Below are positions 59,907 through 64,000 of a stretch of 64,000 nt of DNA, piece by piece. The DNA is from Candidatus Obscuribacteraceae bacterium (GTDB lineage: Bacteria > Cyanobacteriota > Vampirovibrionia > Obscuribacterales > Obscuribacteraceae). The DNA is taken from NCBI GenBank assembly GCA_044226015.1, contig JBGAHS010000003.1, forward strand, positions 608,001 to 672,000, in the 5' to 3' direction. Each line of letters opens with the position of its first letter. The stretch's first letter is position 1. Made by a program: the position numbers and the translations under genes. The notes beneath the pieces were generated by a model, which did no database searches, had not been told where the DNA came from, and saw nothing but the letters and a program-made list of their open reading frames with translations.

Positions 59907-62090
59907 ATGTCTCAGAATCACATTGACACCCGCTTCGTTTCCCGTGAAGAACCCTTCAGCGGTAGCTTCACCGAACTCCTCGCCGAGATCAAGAAGTATC
60001 CGGCAATGGTCGAATCGGCCAAGGCTCGTCTGCACCGCATGATCGTGCGTGGCGGCGTCGACCAGAACCGTTCGGCTGAAATCCAGCGCATCTACGGCAA
60101 GGACGGTCTGGTCGCCTACAACGCGTTCAGCCAGTTCTACGGCATCGACCCGTCCATCTACCTTGTCGTGAACAACTTCCTGGGTGCTGCCGTCAAGGGT
60201 GCGGAAGCCGACAAGCAGGCGCTCGTCGTCATCGGACCTCCGGGCTCGGGCAAGTCGGACTTCTTCGCTCGCGTCAAGCAAATCTACCGCGGCTCTGAGC
60301 CCATCCCCTTCCTGGGCGGCTCTCGCGTGCACGACAACCCGCTGAACCTGCTGTTCATGATCGATCGCGTTGCTCGCGAACGTTCGGGCGGCAAGATGTC
60401 CAACAAGCGTGCCGAGATCGCCAAGATCATCGAATCGCTGGGCGTCGCCGACCTCATGGACTGGAGCAACCCGGACTGCACTCGCGTTCTCACCGGCAAC
60501 GGCGTCGGCGCGAACATCGAAGGTCTCTCGCAGCTCAGCACTGATGACCTGGTCTCGGCCATCGTCTTTGGTCTCGGTTTGCCCCGCAGCACCCGCAACA
60601 ACATCGGTCGTCCCGAGCCGATGGTGCAGGACATGCTGCTCGGCAAGTTCATCAACAAGAACGCGCCTGTGGACCTCGCGCAGTACCCGATCGAGTCCAT
60701 GTTCTTCGACAGCGATGACGAAGGCTCGGCTGGTATCGTGGACGTGCCTGAAGTTCAGCCCCTGAACTTCGACATCGGCACCTGGATCGGTACCGAAAAC
60801 CTGGCCATGCTCGGTCGTCTGCCTTCGGGTGACCCGCGGCTGGTCGAACTCAACGGCGCCTACAACAAGGGCAACCGCGGTCTCGTCATCAAGACCGAAG
60901 GTCTGAAGAACCCGCCCGAAGCTCAGCGCGTCACGCTGGAAGCTCTCCAGGGTCGCCGCGTCGGCATCCCTGCTCCGCTGGGTGGTTCGCTCCACTTCGA
61001 CGGTCTGGTCATCATCCACTCCAACGAAGGTGAGTACGACCGCTTCATCAAGGAGCGCGTCAACGAGCCCTACGTTGACCGTTTCTGGAGAATCTGGTTC
61101 CCCTACCCGATGGAAGCCCGCCAGGTCCAGAAGGTTCACGAGAAGTTCTGGAAGGGCTCTGACTTCGCCAAGCCCGAGTCGCTTGGTGGCGTGCACGTCG
61201 ACCGTGACGTCTTCGAGTACACCTCGCGCCTGGCTGTTCTCTCCGCTCTGGAAGCACACCCCTCGGTGCCGCTTGCCACGAAGCTGGACGCTTACGATGG
61301 TCGCGACATTCGCCAGAAGGGCATGGGCACGAAGGTGTCCGCCGCCGAACTGCGCCAGCAGGCTTCGCCGCGCGAAGGTCTGTCCGGTATGTCGCCTCGT
61401 GAAGTCGCCAAGATCGTCAACGCGATCGCGGCTGAAGTGGGTCCCGGCAAGGCTGTGACGAGCCGCCTGGTTCGTGACCGCGCCTCGGAATGGTTCCGCA
61501 GCAACGTGCAGGACGAGGAGAAGCTGAAGAGGCTCCAGGGCTTCATCGCCAACGAGCTCGACAGCTGGCGTGCCAAGAATCGCAAGCAGGTCTGGCTGGC
61601 TGCGATGGTCCCCTCATTTACTACTGAGTGCCAGGATGTGTGGGAGCGCTATCTGGATAACATCCAGGCGTTCGCCCGCGACAAGTCCGTGCGCATGACC
61701 GGTTACGGTCGTGGTCCGGTCGGTGGCGATGAACCGTTCATGCGGGAAATCGAGTCCGATCCAGATTGGGGCGTCAGCGCTGCTGAAGCGCCGAAGTTCC
61801 GCGCGGAGATTCTCTCGGCTGTGATGCAGCACACGACGGAAACCGGTAACGCCGTGGTTCCGTACAGCTGCCACGACGCTCTGAAGAACTGCATCGAGCG
61901 CTACGTTCTGCGCAAGGTGCAGGAGACTGCTCGTACCTTCTCGACCTCCAGCGCGCGCTCCGAAGAGGACAAGCGTAAGCTGTCGGAAGTGAAGCGCCGC
62001 CTGATCGACGACTTCGGTTTCAACGACTGGAGCGCCGACGAGCTGCTGCGTGAAGCGGAAGAATCGAAGGGCTTCGTTCTCGTCAAGTAA
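59907..62090 (+). CDS. prkA: PrkA/YeaG-family AAA+ serine kinase
   Basis: FYGID, GPPGSGKS, VHDNPL, GNRG, HSNEGEY, PYP, KLDAYDG, EGLSGMSPR. Confidence 0.9.
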   Translation: MSQNHIDTRFVSREEPFSGSFTELLAEIKKYPAMVESAKARLHRMIVRGGVDQNRSAEIQRIYGKDGLVAYNAFSQFYGIDPSIYLVVNNFLGAAVKGAEADKQALVVIGPPGSGKSDFFARVKQIYRGSEPIPFLGGSRVHDNPLNLLFMIDRVARERSGGKMSNKRAEIAKIIESLGVADLMDWSNPDCTRVLTGNGVGANIEGLSQLSTDDLVSAIVFGLGLPRSTRNNIGRPEPMVQDMLLGKFINKNAPVDLAQYPIESMFFDSDDEGSAGIVDVPEVQPLNFDIGTWIGTENLAMLGRLPSGDPRLVELNGAYNKGNRGLVIKTEGLKNPPEAQRVTLEALQGRRVGIPAPLGGSLHFDGLVIIHSNEGEYDRFIKERVNEPYVDRFWRIWFPYPMEARQVQKVHEKFWKGSDFAKPESLGGVHVDRDVFEYTSRLAVLSALEAHPSVPLATKLDAYDGRDIRQKGMGTKVSAAELRQQASPREGLSGMSPREVAKIVNAIAAEVGPGKAVTSRLVRDRASEWFRSNVQDEEKLKRLQGFIANELDSWRAKNRKQVWLAAMVPSFTTECQDVWERYLDNIQAFARDKSVRMTGYGRGPVGGDEPFMREIESDPDWGVSAAEAPKFRAEILSAVMQHTTETGNAVVPYSCHDALKNCIERYVLRKVQETARTFSTSSARSEEDKRKLSEVKRRLIDDFGFNDWSADELLREAEESKGFVLVK

Positions 62091-62336
62091 ACAGGAACTT
62101 CCTGCATAGGAGCAGGAACTCTGACTTGAATATTGGTATGAGGTATGGCGCGTGTCGCAACCTTATTCCCGTAAGCTTGCTCAGAGATATGGCTCAACGG
62201 GTGCAAGCACTCGAGGGAGCTGTGTGTGATAGACCCGGGGGGAGGGAATTGGTTTTGCCGATTCCCTCCCTCTCGTCTTTTCCTGTTCTCGCAGACATCA
62301 ATTTATATATGGCTCGAAAGAGCAGGAGGTTTTTCA

Positions 62337-63890
62337 ATGAACGAAAATGATGAACTCGAATCCGCAGGGCAAGCCCCGCGGAAGAGTCGAGTGCGTGTCA
62401 GAGAGGACAGTTCGCTGCCGCCTCTGGTCAACACGCACTTGCTCGCAAGTCGTACCGTAATCAACCCACCTGGTCCTCCGCACAAAGACCGCACCGGTCC
62501 TGACCAGGAGCGCTACAAGGAACGCAATCGTCCAAGCAAGGACAAGCTTCCCGACATCATCCGCAACAACCCCATCTTCGACGACAAAGGCAAGGTCAAG
62601 GTCCCCATCAGTGGTGGCTACGAACCGCGCTGGCGTCCTGGTCGTGACCAGCAAGGTGGTGGCGGCGGCGGTGGCGGTAAGAAAGCTGGCGAAGACGAAG
62701 CAGACATGACCTACACCGAGATGAGCTACGAGGAATTCCTCCAGCTCTTCTTCGACGGGCTTGAGCTGCCGTTTTTGCTGCGCAAGATGATCGCTCAAAC
62801 CGAGGTCAAGACGCACAAGCGTCGTGGCATTACCAACCAGGGTCCGAAGTCTCGCCTCAACAAGCTGGAGTCGGCCAAGTCTCGCCTCAAGCGCGCCATC
62901 GTAATGAAGAACGCGCACCCGGAAGAGTTCACTCCGAACTTTGCCGAGCAATGCCAGGCTGTTTTCGAGTCGTACCTTTTCTATGCCGCAATGGCTAGCG
63001 AGGTCGATTCGCTCGTCGAGAAACCGAATTACGAGGTGCTCGATGAGACACAGTTCTTGCTCGACGTTGCCAACGCCGGTCGCGAAGAGCAAGACGCAAA
63101 CGAGCTTGAGTTCCGCACTGCAGTCCTGCTGCAAGCTCAACTGCATCTGCAGGCGAGCCCCAGCGAAAGCCGGGTTTCGTACAAGGTGCACGAGCTGATT
63201 CAAGAGCGCGTGGAAGAATTCGTCAAGGAGCTGATTCGCCAGGGCACTGATATTCCCGGTGTCGAAGAGGTGCCGTTCCACAAGTCGGACCTCAAGTACG
63301 GGCGCATCGAAGAGAAGATGGAACCGGACAGCAAGGCAGTGGCATTCCTGCTGCTCGACCGTTCGGGCTCCATGAATGGCGACCCCATCGCCATTGCAAA
63401 GGCGTTCTTCCTGCTGAACATCCTCTTCCTGCGCGCCAAATACAAGAACGTCGCCATCGTCATGATCGCGCACGACGCCAAAGCAGAGCGAATTCTGGAC
63501 GAAAAGAAGTTCTACCAGATTGAAGCAAGCGGCGGCACAGTGGCGGTTCCGGCGTGGAAGATGGCTCTGGAAATCGCCGAGGCTGAATACTCGTCGAGCG
63601 GCTGGAACCGTTATATGTTCCACGCCACCGACGGTGTACTCTTCGACGGTGACACAGTCATCGCAGACTGGTGGACGAAGCTCATCGAGTCGCCGTTCAA
63701 CTACTGCGGCTACCTGGAAATCATCGCTGGCGGCTGGACCAATCCGAAAGATTGGGACGCCGGCGGCAAGGCGTTGCTCAAACTGAAACCCGCCATTGCT
63801 GCACACGTGGGCATGGCTCGGGTCGCTTCTCTTGCGGACCTGCCGCGTGCATTCAAGGAGATCCTCGACAAGGACCGTGTGAAGAGCTAG
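62337..63890 (+). CDS. YeaH/YhbH (DUF444) family vWA protein
   Basis: DQERY, VKVPI, Gly-rich linker, FFDGLELP, DLKY, AVAFLLLDRSGSM (MIDAS), SGGT, WNRYMFHATDG, YLEI; AGGAGG RBS. Confidence 0.9.
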   Translation: MNENDELESAGQAPRKSRVRVREDSSLPPLVNTHLLASRTVINPPGPPHKDRTGPDQERYKERNRPSKDKLPDIIRNNPIFDDKGKVKVPISGGYEPRWRPGRDQQGGGGGGGGKKAGEDEADMTYTEMSYEEFLQLFFDGLELPFLLRKMIAQTEVKTHKRRGITNQGPKSRLNKLESAKSRLKRAIVMKNAHPEEFTPNFAEQCQAVFESYLFYAAMASEVDSLVEKPNYEVLDETQFLLDVANAGREEQDANELEFRTAVLLQAQLHLQASPSESRVSYKVHELIQERVEEFVKELIRQGTDIPGVEEVPFHKSDLKYGRIEEKMEPDSKAVAFLLLDRSGSMNGDPIAIAKAFFLLNILFLRAKYKNVAIVMIAHDAKAERILDEKKFYQIEASGGTVAVPAWKMALEIAEAEYSSSGWNRYMFHATDGVLFDGDTVIADWWTKLIESPFNYCGYLEIIAGGWTNPKDWDAGGKALLKLKPAIAAHVGMARVASLADLPRAFKEILDKDRVKS

Positions 63891-64000
63891 TGCTCTCCTA
63901 CGGCTTCTGCGTCGCATAGTTTCGCTCATTTCGAGAGCCAGAGAAGCTCGTCTTCTCTGGCTCTGCGCATGAAGTCGTTTCAAGCACCAACCTTTTTCCA

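Overview
Bacterial chromosomal window. Gene style suggests a non-photosynthetic cyanobacterial relative such as Melainabacteria/Obscuribacterales; this is inference only. I saw no rRNA, tRNA, CRISPR array, integrase or transposase. The window is a mosaic. Moderate-GC housekeeping genes (Leu/Phe/Val dehydrogenase, class V aminotransferase, DmpA peptidase, acyl-CoA synthetase, MalQ, Ser/Thr kinase, MtnC, MBOAT) are interleaved with blocks of strongly C/G-ending codon usage. The standout is a ~15 kb co-directional minus-strand lipid locus (34.8-49.9 kb). It encodes an acyl-CoA dehydrogenase, a stand-alone enoyl-CoA hydratase, a long-chain acyl-CoA ligase, a patatin, three PlsC-type acyltransferases (two with an inserted hydrophobic hairpin), a DUF502 protein and three micro-ORFs. 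It also contains an ordered array of nine small membrane proteins, eight from two alternating paralog families (A1-C-B-A2-B-A1-B-A2-B). A second patatin/acyl-CoA ligase/HAD module lies at 23.5-29.5 kb. Other notable items are a protein with about ten MshEN-like motifs, a degenerate GGDEF protein, a candidate cobalamin-type riboswitch before an ABCD/BacA-type transporter, a heptad-repeat clostripain-like protein, a serpin, a truncated MBOAT-partner gene and a double-PrkA + YeaH operon. All calls come from reading motifs by eye; no searches were run.
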